A DNA stretch of 64,000 nt from Octopus sinensis. Its lineage: Eukaryota. Below the pieces are notes generated by a model, which was given only the letters and a program-made list of their open reading frames with translations, did no database searches and was not told the origin of the DNA. The DNA lies in NCBI RefSeq assembly GCF_006345805.1, contig NC_043009.1:38936001-39000000 (forward strand). Reading direction: 5' to 3'. A program made the translations under genes and the position numbers. Below are positions 40,230-52,399 of the stretch, piece after piece; positions within the stretch are counted from its first letter, which is position 1; each line of letters opens with the position of its first letter.

Positions 40230-41472
40230 TGACTAAACAATGGCAGCTGAGTACAGTAGACTTCATTGGCAGTTGAGAAGTAGCATCATTCAAATATCGT
40301 ACGAGACAAAATCAGTGACTTAATATATTCTATATTGAAGAAAGAAAGATTGATATGAAAATAATAATTACGATGTTAATGATAATGATAAGATTTAGAG
40401 ATTTTATTTGGCAATGGAGGTGGAAAACGATTAAGAGCAAACTAAAACGCTGGAAACGAGCTGTGGTGAAATATAAGCGGTATTAATGATATAAATATTC
40501 ATGATACAAGGTTAAAATATTCGGCCGCAACTTGATGTCATTGCTATCGTTAACCAGAATCTGCAAATATGATTGGTTATTATTTATATTCCTCTTTGTT
40601 TTCGGTCATTTAAATTTATTCTTTGTTTGCTTCTTTCTAAATTGATATCTCTGGTTAGAGTTTTTATTTTTATTTTTATTTTTTTTACAAGCTTATTGAT
40701 CTAATCGATAAGAACATTCACATGCGTTAATGATTGTTAATTATTTTGGTGCGGGGTCTTAATTATTCAAATTTTTTTTTACGAAGGGAAAATAACTATA
40801 TTCTGACATCTGCTTATTATTCTTTCGGCTCAGTATAGAAAGAAGTTCCATTTAAATGACGCAGATGGTTGCTTTTCTTCAAAACATTTTCTATTTTCGT
40901 TTCTACAAAGGTGTAGATGTGTCGCTTTCACACTTACCCTCGCTTATATCTTGAAATTATCGAAAAAGCCATGAAATTTAGTTTATTGACTTTCACTGTT
41001 TCAATGATAAGAAACCTAAAATGAGTTAGGAGTGCCTAAAAAAAATCAATTATTTTCGTATGTCATTAAATCAACCTTTCATTTTGATGGCGAATGTAGT
41101 AAATATTTTACAAGAATGGGAGATGTTTTCATTCACTGACAAATCGCATCTAATAATACATACTGTTAACTTTTACAATGATGTCTCACTATGAAATGAA
41201 TAAAGTAGTGAATTAGCATATTCTCTCTGTTGGTGTTTGTATTTATCTGCGTATAAATAATCAAAAAGTTATATCGGCCAATAAATCAATGCAAAAATAC
41301 CAACCGATCAATCGCAAAGCCTCTCACTTTTCCCCCACCTTTCTAGTTTTTGCTACATATTGCATACAGACACACAGACACACATAAACACAAAGGCATA
41401 TATAATTATACATATATAATAATATATATTTATGTGCGCATATACATGCATATAAATATATACATACATAAA

Positions 41473-41524
<52 letters not shown>

Positions 41525-42271
41525 TCTGCGTATGTATGAATATATTCATGGAAATGTGAGCCTATTCATTCACGCATACTTTTGTTATCTGTTACCACTT
41601 AATTGCAAAATATTGATAGTATGACGACACCGTTGGCAGAATATATAATCACCAGTATGAATGCAAGGCTGTGATTCTCATAGAAAAAGCATTTTCGCTA
41701 TATCTATTTCAATTTAAAAAAAAAACCCGTACGACTAAAAACAATTTCATATCAAAGGGACCTAGAAATTAATATGGTACTTATCAGAAGTAGAGACAAA
41801 ATAAATAAATAAATTATAAACAAATAATGAAATCAGCGTGACTTAATAATGTAGGTTTTTCTACTACAATCACATTTATGTTTGTCAAAAGCTCTTAATA
41901 AATTCATATTAATATGATTATAGACATTATTATCACCAATAACGTTACAATTAACAACTTCAATCTCTATAAATTAATGTTTGCCTTTATCAATTTCACA
42001 CGATTTTCTCGAATGTTACTTTGAAATAAGAAGGCAAGAAATCACACTTTTATACAGAAATATAATGAAATTACATTGTTAAATCAGGCAATTGTGCCAA
42101 CCGCAGACACTTCCGACAACTGTGCCAGCAACAAATTTGTAAGAGTTATGTATAAATTTAATCGTAATCTACATTATAGCAGCAGTGTGTTAACAAATAT
42201 ATGCAGTTAGAAAATATGACGAAAAAGTTACGAATTATTGAAATTGATATGAAATTTATAAGAAATGTAAA

Positions 42272-42634
42272 TACCATATTTGATGGCCTATGAGACGCAT
42301 ACCCACCTTTTTTTTTGCCCCAAAATGACTTCAAAATTCCTCCTGCGTCGAATGCACTCTATGTAGGCTCAAAACTTGCCTACGGTATTTATGTTTACAA
42401 AACGTGTGCTGCCATCTATTGGTGAACATCTGTTGGTGAAGAATCGCCTACGGTATGTTTATATCGAATGTGGATGCAATAAATCGCTTATAATTACTGT
42501 TAAAAGCATAAAGTTATACAGGTAAATGGAAGAATTAAAACATTATTTTAGTGGTAATTTATTTTCCAAACGTATAACCTAGGCTAGGGTGCGTCCTATG
42601 CACTCCTGCGTCTTGCAAGCCATCAAATACGGCA
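42272..42634. mobile_element. pogo/Tigger-like MITE
   Basis: 28-bp TIRs: taccatatttgatggcctatgagacgca and (reverse complement) tgccgtatttgatggcttgcaagacgca. Confidence 0.75.
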
Positions 42635-43839
42635 CTTCGTACAAACAGTAAATCACTGATTTAGGAAATTCGATCCATTACCTGAAGATGAAATCGCCTG
42701 TTGTATGGCAGGTTTTTAAATACTATATGAGGAGGTAAACCCTCTAAAGCCTATTGATAACATCATAAAATACAGTTACATATAAATTATTCAAGTGAAA
42801 AATGGACGAGCTGCAAAACCGGCTTGCCGGAAACTATCAAGCAATATACGGAGTAGGCATAAACTAGAAGTTATCAAACAAATGTTACTCTATGGACGGA
42901 AAGCACCGAATAAAGGTGAAGTATCTGACATCTATCTCACAATAGTCTACATGGAAATTTATTTTGCCATCCATGTAATGTTTTATTAATTCTAATGTAA
43001 ATGTTACTAGATATTGTAAACGTTTTGAATTATTATAATAAATCAAAACGCGTGGTTTTGTGGTAAGTTATGAAACAACCATCCTAGATTTCAGCAGTAT
43101 GGTGTTTTGTTTTTGTGTAGTTAAGACACTTTACAGATTACCCGGTTCTTCAGGCTATAAATGTATAACATTTAGAAGGAGCAACTCTCAAAAGCAGTGG
43201 TTTTGAACCATTTTTTCTTCTTTATTGCCTATGGAACACTATGATTCTTATTTTACCTTAGTGGATCTTCGCTCGCAGCAATTTGATACTTAAAAAAAAT
43301 CCTATTAGAGTTTTATAATTAAATTATTAGGAATTGGTTAAAGAAGACTTATGCCAATTATGCTGTTTATTATATTCTATGAACATTTCCATGATGTATG
43401 GAACAGAACTGTGTTAAAATTGTGGACCAGCATTTTACTCCACCCTTCGGATGACTTATGTCAATAACCATATCTTGTTAAACGTTGAACTTCATACCTC
43501 TCACGTGGATATGTTTCCCTTCCCACCTGCAAACAATGAGATATGTCTTTCTTTATACCTAGAATAATATCTCGAAATACAGGATTCAACGGATTGTGTT
43601 TTGTATATATTTGTCTTACCTTTCTCGATTGAAAATTATTCCGTTCTGTATTCTCATATTTTCAAGAATAATGATATCAGTACGCTGGTAGACAGGAATA
43701 CATCATCACCCTTAAAATTCTGTATTGACCTACAAATATTGTCTATTCAGCCTTCTTGTTTATACGTATGAGTTGTGTGTATATGTGTATACAGAGGCAC
43801 ACATACATAAATATATACATACATACATACATACATACA

Positions 43840-43870
<31 letters not shown>

Positions 43871-43920
43871 GTGTGTGCCCCAGCATGGCCACAGCTCGTG
43901 AGCTGAAACTAGATGAAATA

Positions 43921-44315
43921 GGAGTGGCTGTGTGGTAAGTAGCTTGCTTACCAACCACATGGTTCTGGATTCAGTCCCACTGCGTGGCACCTTGGGTAAG
44001 TGTCTTCTACTATAGCCTCGGGCCGACCAAAGCCTTGTGAGTGGATTTGGTAGACGGAAACTGAAAGAAGCACGTCGTATATATGTATATATATGCGTGT
44101 GAGTGTTTGTGCATCTGTGTTTGTCCCCCTAGCATTGTTTGACAACTGATGCTGGTTTGTTTATGTCCCCGTTACTTAGCGGTTCGGCAAAAGAGACCGA
44201 TAGAATAAGTACTGGGATTACAAAAGAATAAGTCCCGGGGTCGAGTTGCTCGATTAAAGGCGGTGCTCCAGCATGGCCGCAGTCAAATGACTGAAACAAG
44301 TAAAAGAGTAAAAGA
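43921..44315 (+). mobile_element. SINE family B, full-length reference copy
   Basis: ggagtggctgtgtggtaag...ggattcagtcccactgcgtggcaccttgggtaagtgtcttc head and core; (AGTAAAAG) tail. Confidence 0.92.
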
Positions 44316-44681
44316 GAGAGAGATATTTGTATGTGCGTGTGCGTGTGTATGTGTGTGCGTATACGTCAACATTGCGTGCATTATTTCAAACTTCTGATGC
44401 TGTATTTTTAGCCTCTGTACTTATTACTGCCTTTCACGTTACACACGTATTATTGTCACTCAGGCCACTGATAATCTAGCTTCAGTCTTTTGGTCTTGTT
44501 ACCCAATTCTTAGTGTACTCTTCTCTCGTATTACTTCTCTCTCCGCACGTTATTCAAACATAGGCATCCAGTAGTGTTTCACGCATACTTCTTTTCGTCC
44601 ATTCAACGAAGACCTTTACTCGAAAATTCAACATCATGAATTTATAATGACATTCTTCAAATTCGAGTGACTTCTGTATTA

Positions 44682-45908
44682 TACAAGAGTGTGCTGAAAA
44701 GTTTCTGGCTTTGGGTAATAAAAGACGAGCAGTTAATTATGATTTTATTCAGCATATCACATTTTTACATCCACTCGCATATTGCAGCGATCCTTCAGTT
44801 TTTCTAAGCCTTGTAAAAAGAACTCAGAAGATTGAGCCTACAACCAAGTCTCTGTAGCAGCGTTCACTTCTGAATCGGTGTGAAATTTCAATCCCTTGAG
44901 ATGTTTCTTCTGTTGTGAAAAGAGGTGATAACCGGAAAGGACCAAGCCAAGAGAGTGGGTGGTTCTAATTCCAAGTCAAGGTCACGTATTTTCCTTATAG
45001 TTTAATGTAGTGCGTGTGCTAGTGCACCATCCTTCAAAAACAGGACACTACGCTTCACCTTTCCACGGAGATTCTACTTCAAATCTTCATGTTTCGTCCA
45101 ACAGAAACATGCAGTATTCTGCGTAGATTGTGCGACCTTTTGGTAGGTATTTTATGAGGAGTACTCCATCTTGGTTCCAGAACACTGAAATCGGAATCAT
45201 TCCAGCTGACTTCTTAGTCTGAAACTTTTTAGGATACGGGTAACCGCTGTGGCACCACTCTGCTGATTGTTGCTCGGTCTCGGGATCACAAGTATGAAAC
45301 CATGCTTCATCGATGGTGACTAAACGAGCCATAAAACCATCGTCTCCTGCTGCAAACAGGTACAAAATATCTTTTGATGTTGTCACTCTGATGCACTTCT
45401 AATCTGCGTTCAAGCATTTGGCGAGCAAATTGCGGAAATATTTCTCATATCCAGAATGTTGTGGATGATGTGGCCAACTTATACGTGTGAAATCTCCAGA
45501 GTGTCAGCTATGACTTTAGATAAAATCCGGCGGTCCTCGATAATCATGACGTGCACATCGTCGTCTTTGTCCTTTTCGGTCGCAGAAATTGGCCGTCCTG
45601 ACCGAGGTCCATGTGTGACCTCGAAATGACCAGTCCGAAACCTTGAAAATCTAGATTTTCCTTGTGGAATAAGATGGGCAGTTATCCTTCAAGACGTCCT
45701 CCATCTCACCATGACACCCGAGCTTCAATTATACCAAAATCCAGTTTAGAAGCTACTACCATACAAAAAAGAGAGAGATATACTGTATACCATCATGATG
45801 TTTTGCATATCTCCTCCTAAATAGTTGTCCTAACTCCCCTGTTGATGTAATCGCTCTACTCTTTCGCGATATCCTTAAAGCCAGGAATGTTTCAGCATAT
45901 CCTCGTTA
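44682..45908 (-). mobile_element. Near full-length decayed mariner (DD34D) transposon
   Basis: TIRs tacaagagtgtgctgaaaagtttctggcttt and (reverse complement) taacgaggatatgctgaaacattcctggcttt, about 1.23 kb. Motifs GPRSGRP, EDRRI, LVTIDEAWFH..DPETEQQSAEW, SVFWNQDGVLLIKYL, VLFLKDGALAH and a degenerate (S)PDLAPSDYHLF-like motif. Confidence 0.95.
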
Positions 45909-46502
45909 ACACTTCACATAAACTCCACAGACCAATACAATGTATTTGCCACTTAAAATTCCGATACTACTCAGATTCGCAGTCGATGCGATTTAAGTAG
46001 TCTTCCATAACAAATAGTTTCTGGAAAATTGCAAACGTTTTATATCAGTTGTTTCACTTCCACTACGATTGGTGATTTTTTTCAACAATTATTGAAAACA
46101 CCACGAACGAAAGAATACGTTTGCTTTATATAAAGTGATTCGAAATTCATTCATATTTATGCATTGATTTATACACTATTGGTTTATACATGTGTTGTTA
46201 CATCTGTCAACGATCGGTAGAAGAAACTCCTATGCTGTAAGCGAAGAGAAGCTGGCATTTCTTTCGAAGACTTCAGTCGAATATTGGCAACGGTGTTCTT
46301 GTATTGGTTTCATGGGTGTTCGTGCTTGGCAGCTAATCATACTATTTCAAAATCGGTGCAGCATCGAACATATGTACGGTATGGTATTTGGTTCCTTTAT
46401 AACCTGGCAATGTCCTCATTCCTAGATCGAATCTGAGAGTCTTCTTTAAGCGATTGAGAGGACAAGTGCCAAGACACTTACGTGAGTGATATAATCGACC
46501 CA

Positions 46503-46537
<35 letters not shown>

Positions 46538-47185
46538 ACACACACACACAAAGACACGAACACACGCCCAGACACACACACACACGAATTTAAGCTGGGA
46601 TTTCATGGCAGCAATACAATTATTGAAACTGGTTAATTGTATAAATTAGTATTATATAAAATGAAAAGTAAATCTATTCCCTTAGATTATTATTGATATT
46701 CATTTTATATGTGTTGCATATTATCGATACATATTTGATAGAAGGAGATTATAACCGATGCATATTTTAGATTTATATAAAACAAGGTCGAAATCTGTAG
46801 TATTTAAAATGAGAACGGATCGAAACTATGACCGTAACGCGTTTAATCAGACGTTGCACTGATTTCACGTAATCATTACCCTCTTATATGAGTATTATAT
46901 TCACATTAGATATTAATACAGGCATGAAAGCATGACATATAACGATTTTGATATTATTAATAACGATCTCATTAATATAACTGTATGCTTTATCGATAAA
47001 GGAAAAAAAATATATATATATATCGATGATGTATACGTGTATATCGATATAGCTATTTATGTGACGATACATGAGAGAAACACATATACATAGATATGTC
47101 TAACTGTAGAACACTCATAAACTCATATGTATATATATATACATTCACACACACATATATACATGCATACATAGATACATACACG

Positions 47186-47217
<32 letters not shown>

Positions 47218-47329
47218 GTTACCTATATTTACAGATATGTTATATATATATATATACTTACATATAGGGACATACCATCTCTCTCTTCCTTTCTTTCTTT
47301 GCTCTCTCTCTTTATTTCTCTCTCTCTCC

Positions 47330-47385
<56 letters not shown>

Positions 47386-49357
47386 TTGATGCACACACAC
47401 GCACATATAAATATTCAAAATATATTCTGCGCTTCCTCTATCTAATTCTGATGCAGTGCAAAAACAATTAAGAGAGACTCACATGTACGTACGGATGGTA
47501 TGAGAGGCGACGTAAGAAGTGCTAATTACTGTATCGCATAGAGATGGTTGAGTAAGCACGATAGAAAATGTGTTCTTATGCCAAATTATGTACTGATTGT
47601 TTCTTCTCACTCGATGCACAATAATATATAAATCATGTAATTAAACGTTGCTTAACCAAGCAGAAACAATGAAAGGTTTCATTGACAAGAATTGAGTTGA
47701 TTGCCCCTAACTTAATTGCTATCATTGTTCCTTTCGGCTCTATTGTTAGACATGTATGATTTAGAGTGGTAGTCTTGACATTCTGTGTAAAACTAGCAAC
47801 AGTATTTCTATCCCAAGAGAATTTTGCTATCTATGTTATGGAAATATATATGAGTTTTAGTTTGCGCTATATGTTTCTATATATATTACACATTTATACG
47901 AAGAGCAAACTTGGGACTTTCATCTTAGTAATATTGTACTCGTTGTTTTCATAACGGTGAGTTATGCTGAAAGTTTATATGCTTTTCAGATGGTAAAAAT
48001 ACCGAGGTACAAGCAAGCAAACAACACTCAGCTAATGATATTATTTCAATAGATTTTATGGCAATAGCAAGAGAATACGAACGAAAATTAGCTTTCAGCC
48101 CTAACTGCAAAAACATTTAATAAATGCAATAAGAGCAATTAATATATACAAAATGATTAAAGGGGGAAAGAATACACAAACAATGGAATAACAAAGACCG
48201 TAATGATACAGTAATTACAATACGAACATGGCTACATTACCAAACATAAACACAAACATGTCTATGTAAATACATAATCCCAACAGCGGCAGAATATATT
48301 GTTTAGATGTGTGTGTTAGATCTGCGAAAACATGTTCTCAAATCCGGAATCGTGCGCATGAATGCACTTGTGTAGACTAATGAGGTGTTTGATTCCACAT
48401 AACTATCTGGAATTTTTTTTTCTTTTATTTTCTATGCATGTATACTCTTTTTGCTACGTTCTTTGAAACTGTCTCAAATATTTACGTCGCTGTCTTCCCT
48501 CACACGTTTTCTCTCCTTGCGTGTGTGGGTGAATCCGTCTGTGTGTGTGTGTGTGTGAGAAAGAGAGAGTAGGGACAGAGACAGGGACAGAGACAGAGAC
48601 AGAGAGAAAAAGAGTGAGTGTCTGTGTATTTCTGTGTGTGTGGTAAAATGTAGCTGTTTATGCTAACCGGAATTACAAATCCATACTTAAAGATTACAAG
48701 CATTCAGCATCCTTTATACGCACTTATGATGCGACGAACAGACGATAATGATTTAAAGCTTTAAGCGTTATACAGTCATTTACATAACACATGATATCAG
48801 GGACCATTTATTTCATTGCATATATCATTGAGGTTTGTGCTTTACGTTTATGACAGGAAATGTTGGGTACTATATCCAAAACATTTCGTCTCTTGACCAC
48901 TATATCTTACTTTCAGAAAATGCACCCATTATGTCATTTAATGTTTTAAACAGTAAGGTGTGATGTTAAGGTCACAATATTGCAATTTTTAGAGGATTAA
49001 TTAACTCATTACATACATGGTTCTTCTTATAGCACGTTATATTGTGAGAAGCTTTGCTTCTTTTAGTGACTCTAGCATAAATACGTATATAAATCTGTGC
49101 CCGAACTTCATCTACATACTAAATACAATCATGTACTTTAATATTAATACATTAACGACTGGACGTACACTTTCAGAAGTCTGATGTCCAGTCCAGCAAG
49201 AGTTTTGTCAGGGTAGGATCACCAAATATGCAGCAGCGGTCTAACTTCTAGTATAGAACAGCTCTCCTGAGACTGAGCCTCCCTATAGATTTTAACTCGA
49301 TGATGATGCTAATGATAATTATATATGTATATATGTATATATATATATATACATATG

Positions 49358-49412
<55 letters not shown>

Positions 49413-49498
49413 ATATACATATAACACGCCACCATCTCTTCATTTACCCAGGCATCGGGAAAACGCTATGAAAAATATTTTCATACCGTTTTTCCGAA

Positions 49499-49570
49499 AG
49501 CCGGATAACTGAAGAGATGGTGGCGTGGATTTCCACCTCGGCATTCGAAACTCAGAATTTTATTTTGGCT
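49499..49570 (+). ncRNA. Type I hammerhead ribozyme motif, slightly decayed, within a PLE-type tail
   Basis: Stem I agccggataa / ttattttggct; CTGAAGA at 49509-15; extended stem II; GAAA at 49547-50; stem III is intact in the sister copy at 34467-34479 (GAAActcggagTT). Confidence 0.7.
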
Positions 49571-49664
49571 AGCGAATAATTGTTACATATTACATTTACA
49601 AATAAATTCCTCTATTTACATAATATCGGGGTCTCTTTCTTTCTTTTTTTACCTTACTGTTTTT

Positions 49665-49694
<30 letters not shown>

Positions 49695-49695
<1 letters not shown>

Positions 49696-49843
49696 CCGGA
49701 GTAAACACATAAATGTGAAACAAGGTGGAAAAAAGAGTACTCAAATACCAGTGGTAGAGTAATATGCTTTATTTAAAGCAGCAGAAAATTCAACAAAACA
49801 TCAGAGTAACAGTTTTGTTGAATTTTCTGCTGCTTTAAATAAA

Positions 49844-49845
<2 letters not shown>
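49695..49845. mobile_element. TA-embedded fold-back of a probable PLE tail
   Basis: Perfect 33-bp inverted repeat at 49767-49799 and 49812-49844, with (TA)n on both sides. Confidence 0.7.
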
Positions 49846-49890
<45 letters not shown>

Positions 49891-49892
49891 AT

Positions 49893-50085
49893 TACGGAGA
49901 TGTACTTGCAAAGCAAATGACCTGATCTGGGATCATGCGCTGAAACAAAAACAATTGTAGCGTGGAAGGTGTTTATAAGCCATTTAAAAACTCACAAAAA
50001 CCGTTAGATTCACTTAAACCTTTAAATTTAATTAGCCAAAACATTTTCGTCGCTTTGAGACCGCGACCAAATTTCATGCTGCACC
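49893..50085 (-). mobile_element. TA-embedded probable PLE tail with the 3' half of a hammerhead
   Basis: Reverse complement has GTCGC-ggtctcaaa-GCGAC-GAAA-atgt-tt (stem II, GAAA and a palindromic stem III); the CTGANGA box is missing. Confidence 0.5.
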
Positions 50086-50120
<35 letters not shown>

Positions 50121-50124
50121 TATA

Positions 50125-50207
50125 TATATAAAAGGGCTTAGTAAAATAAATTACTTTGCCGCATACTTTGCGGCAAAGTAATTTATTTTACTAAGCCCTT
50201 TTATATA
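50125..50207. repeat. Perfect palindrome with 39-bp arms and a 5-nt loop
   Basis: tatataaaagggcttagtaaaataaattactttgccgca-tactt-tgcggcaaagtaatttattttactaagcccttttatata. Confidence 0.95.
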
Positions 50208-50462
50208 ATGTAATAATTTGAATTCGCCTTAAATGGTCCCTTTGCATACTGAATACTTGGTGAAATTGATTAATAATTAATTAATTTTACCCTCAATTGT
50301 TGAAATTATATATATATATATATATAATGATCTGTATATTATAACTTGTAATACTACTAAGTACGTTGTAGACTAAACACTACACTAGAAGCCGACAATA
50401 TAATGATAATCTACACGGAACTCTAACTAATACATTAGAAGTATATATATATATGTAGAAGC

Positions 50463-50521
<59 letters not shown>

Positions 50522-50539
50522 GCATATATACATACATTG

Positions 50540-50655
50540 GCCTGCTCGCTTAGCCAGCGGGGTGGCGTCATTCGAAGGCTAAAACAATGCGAACGCATTG
50601 TGACCAGCGATGTGTAAAACATCTGATGGTCTGGTCGGTCACGTGATTACGTGAT
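50540..50655 (-). repeat. Short interspersed repeat (partial second copy at 14263-14310)
   Basis: Reverse complement atcacgtaatcacgtgaccgaccagaccatcagatgttttacacat resembles tcacgtgacaacgtgactgacctcgcaaccagatgttgctacacat. Confidence 0.6.
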
Positions 50656-51683
50656 ATAAATACATACGTACATACATATATCTGTCTGTGTGTGTGCGTA
50701 CCTACATGTATACGCACTTTACAACAAATATTCAAAAAAGAAATTTGAAAGTTTAGTTGTGGTGACGAATGAAGCACTGTTCCTATATCAGTGCTCCAGA
50801 ACGTTGCAGCTTTATCATAATACTGTTTAGAACTCATATTTGAAATTTCAATTCATCTTCTCTCAAAGATTTACAAAATATACAAAAAAAAAAAAAGAAC
50901 GATTCATAACTGAAATCCGAGAAGTACATTAATTACAGCATTCTTAACCATAAATAATAGGTTTTCCCAAAGGAAATCTTTTATAGAACATAATGTTTTA
51001 GTAGTTTAAAGTTCAAACTGAATTTTCTCCTGGAGAATGGTAACATTGAACAGCTAAGTGTTATAATTGACAAGGAACATTGGCATTACTAGACCTTTTT
51101 TTTTCTTAAAAGGGTTTAAGAATATAATTTTCTGGCTCGCTTCCAGTTATGTCAATGTTGCATTGCATTGAAAGTCTTAATGGAAACCTATTTTTAAGTC
51201 GATTGTCAATATTTGAATTTCTTTCATTTTTTTTTTTAGGTCTGATGTGAAGTTTTCTCTTTAAGTGATAAATTTGGTAAATATCCAAGAGAAGAAGATC
51301 ATTTTTATATAATCCAAATGTAATAATTTCACAACATACTGGAGCAGCACCTAAATAATTTTTCAAATGTTTCATCGGCAAAATAATTATAACATTTTCC
51401 GGCCAAAATATTCTTTACTAAAAGATGTAGAAAATAAATGACTTGACAGTAACACGAAAAATGAAAATTTAAATATATTTTCTCTAATAAAAATACTACA
51501 GAGTGTACCATTATGATCGTTAAGCAGTGCATTTACAAGAACTACCAAAAGTCATATTGCTAATGTGAAGCCGAATATAATTTATTGATATCTTTTAATG
51601 TTAGAAAAAAAAACAAAACATAACATAAAATAAAAATTCTCATTAATATTTCTCTAGGTAGTCTGTTAGAAGCTTAAAAGATT

Positions 51684-51798
51684 ACATCATCATCAACATC
51701 ATCATCTTCATCGTTCTCATCACCACCACCCCTACTAGCACCAGCACCAGCACAACTACCACCACCACAATCACTACCACCACTATCATCATCATCAG

Positions 51799-51885
<87 letters not shown>

Positions 51886-52009
51886 TAATGTCTATTAATG
51901 TTATTACTTTTACCATTATCATCATTTTGTCCGCGTTGTTGTTACTCTTGTTGTGTTGTTACTCTTGTTGTATTGTTACTCTTGTTGTGTTGTTATGTTG
52001 TTGTTGTTG

Positions 52010-52093
<84 letters not shown>

Positions 52094-52102
52094 CATCATC
52101 AT
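51684..52102. repeat. (CAT)n/(CAC)n/(GTT)n/(TAT)n trinucleotide microsatellites
   Basis: Directly visible. Confidence 0.95.
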
Positions 52103-52103
52103 T

Positions 52104-52320
52104 AAGGCGGCGAGCCGGCAGAATCGTTAGCACGCTGGACGAAATGCTTAGCAGTATTTCGTCCGTCGCAACGCTCTGAGTTCAAATTCCACCGAAGTCG
52201 ACTTTACCTTTCATTCTTCTGGATCGATTAAATAAGTACCAGTTACGCATTGGGGTCGATGAAATCGCCTTAATCCCTTTCCCCCCGAATCTGAGGCCTT
52301 GTGCTTTCACTAGGAAGTAT
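52104..52320 (+). mobile_element. SINE family A variant
   Basis: ggcggcgagccggcagaatcgttagcacgc...gagttcaaattccaccgaagtcgac...ataagtaccagttacgcattggggtcgat. Confidence 0.9.
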
Positions 52321-52332
52321 TATTATTATTAT

Positions 52333-52376
<44 letters not shown>

Positions 52377-52399
52377 TTACTACTACTACTACTACTATT

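Noticed and set aside
42660-42990. 64-aa ORF after the pogo-like MITE
   Set aside because: No homology recognised and no acceptor; consistent with chance.
46192-46480. GC-richer island with 70-80-aa frames on both strands
   Set aside because: No motif and no consistent start or splice structure.
51674-52179. Poly-Asp, poly-Met, poly-Tyr and poly-Ile ORFs
   Set aside because: They are trinucleotide microsatellites without a coding context.
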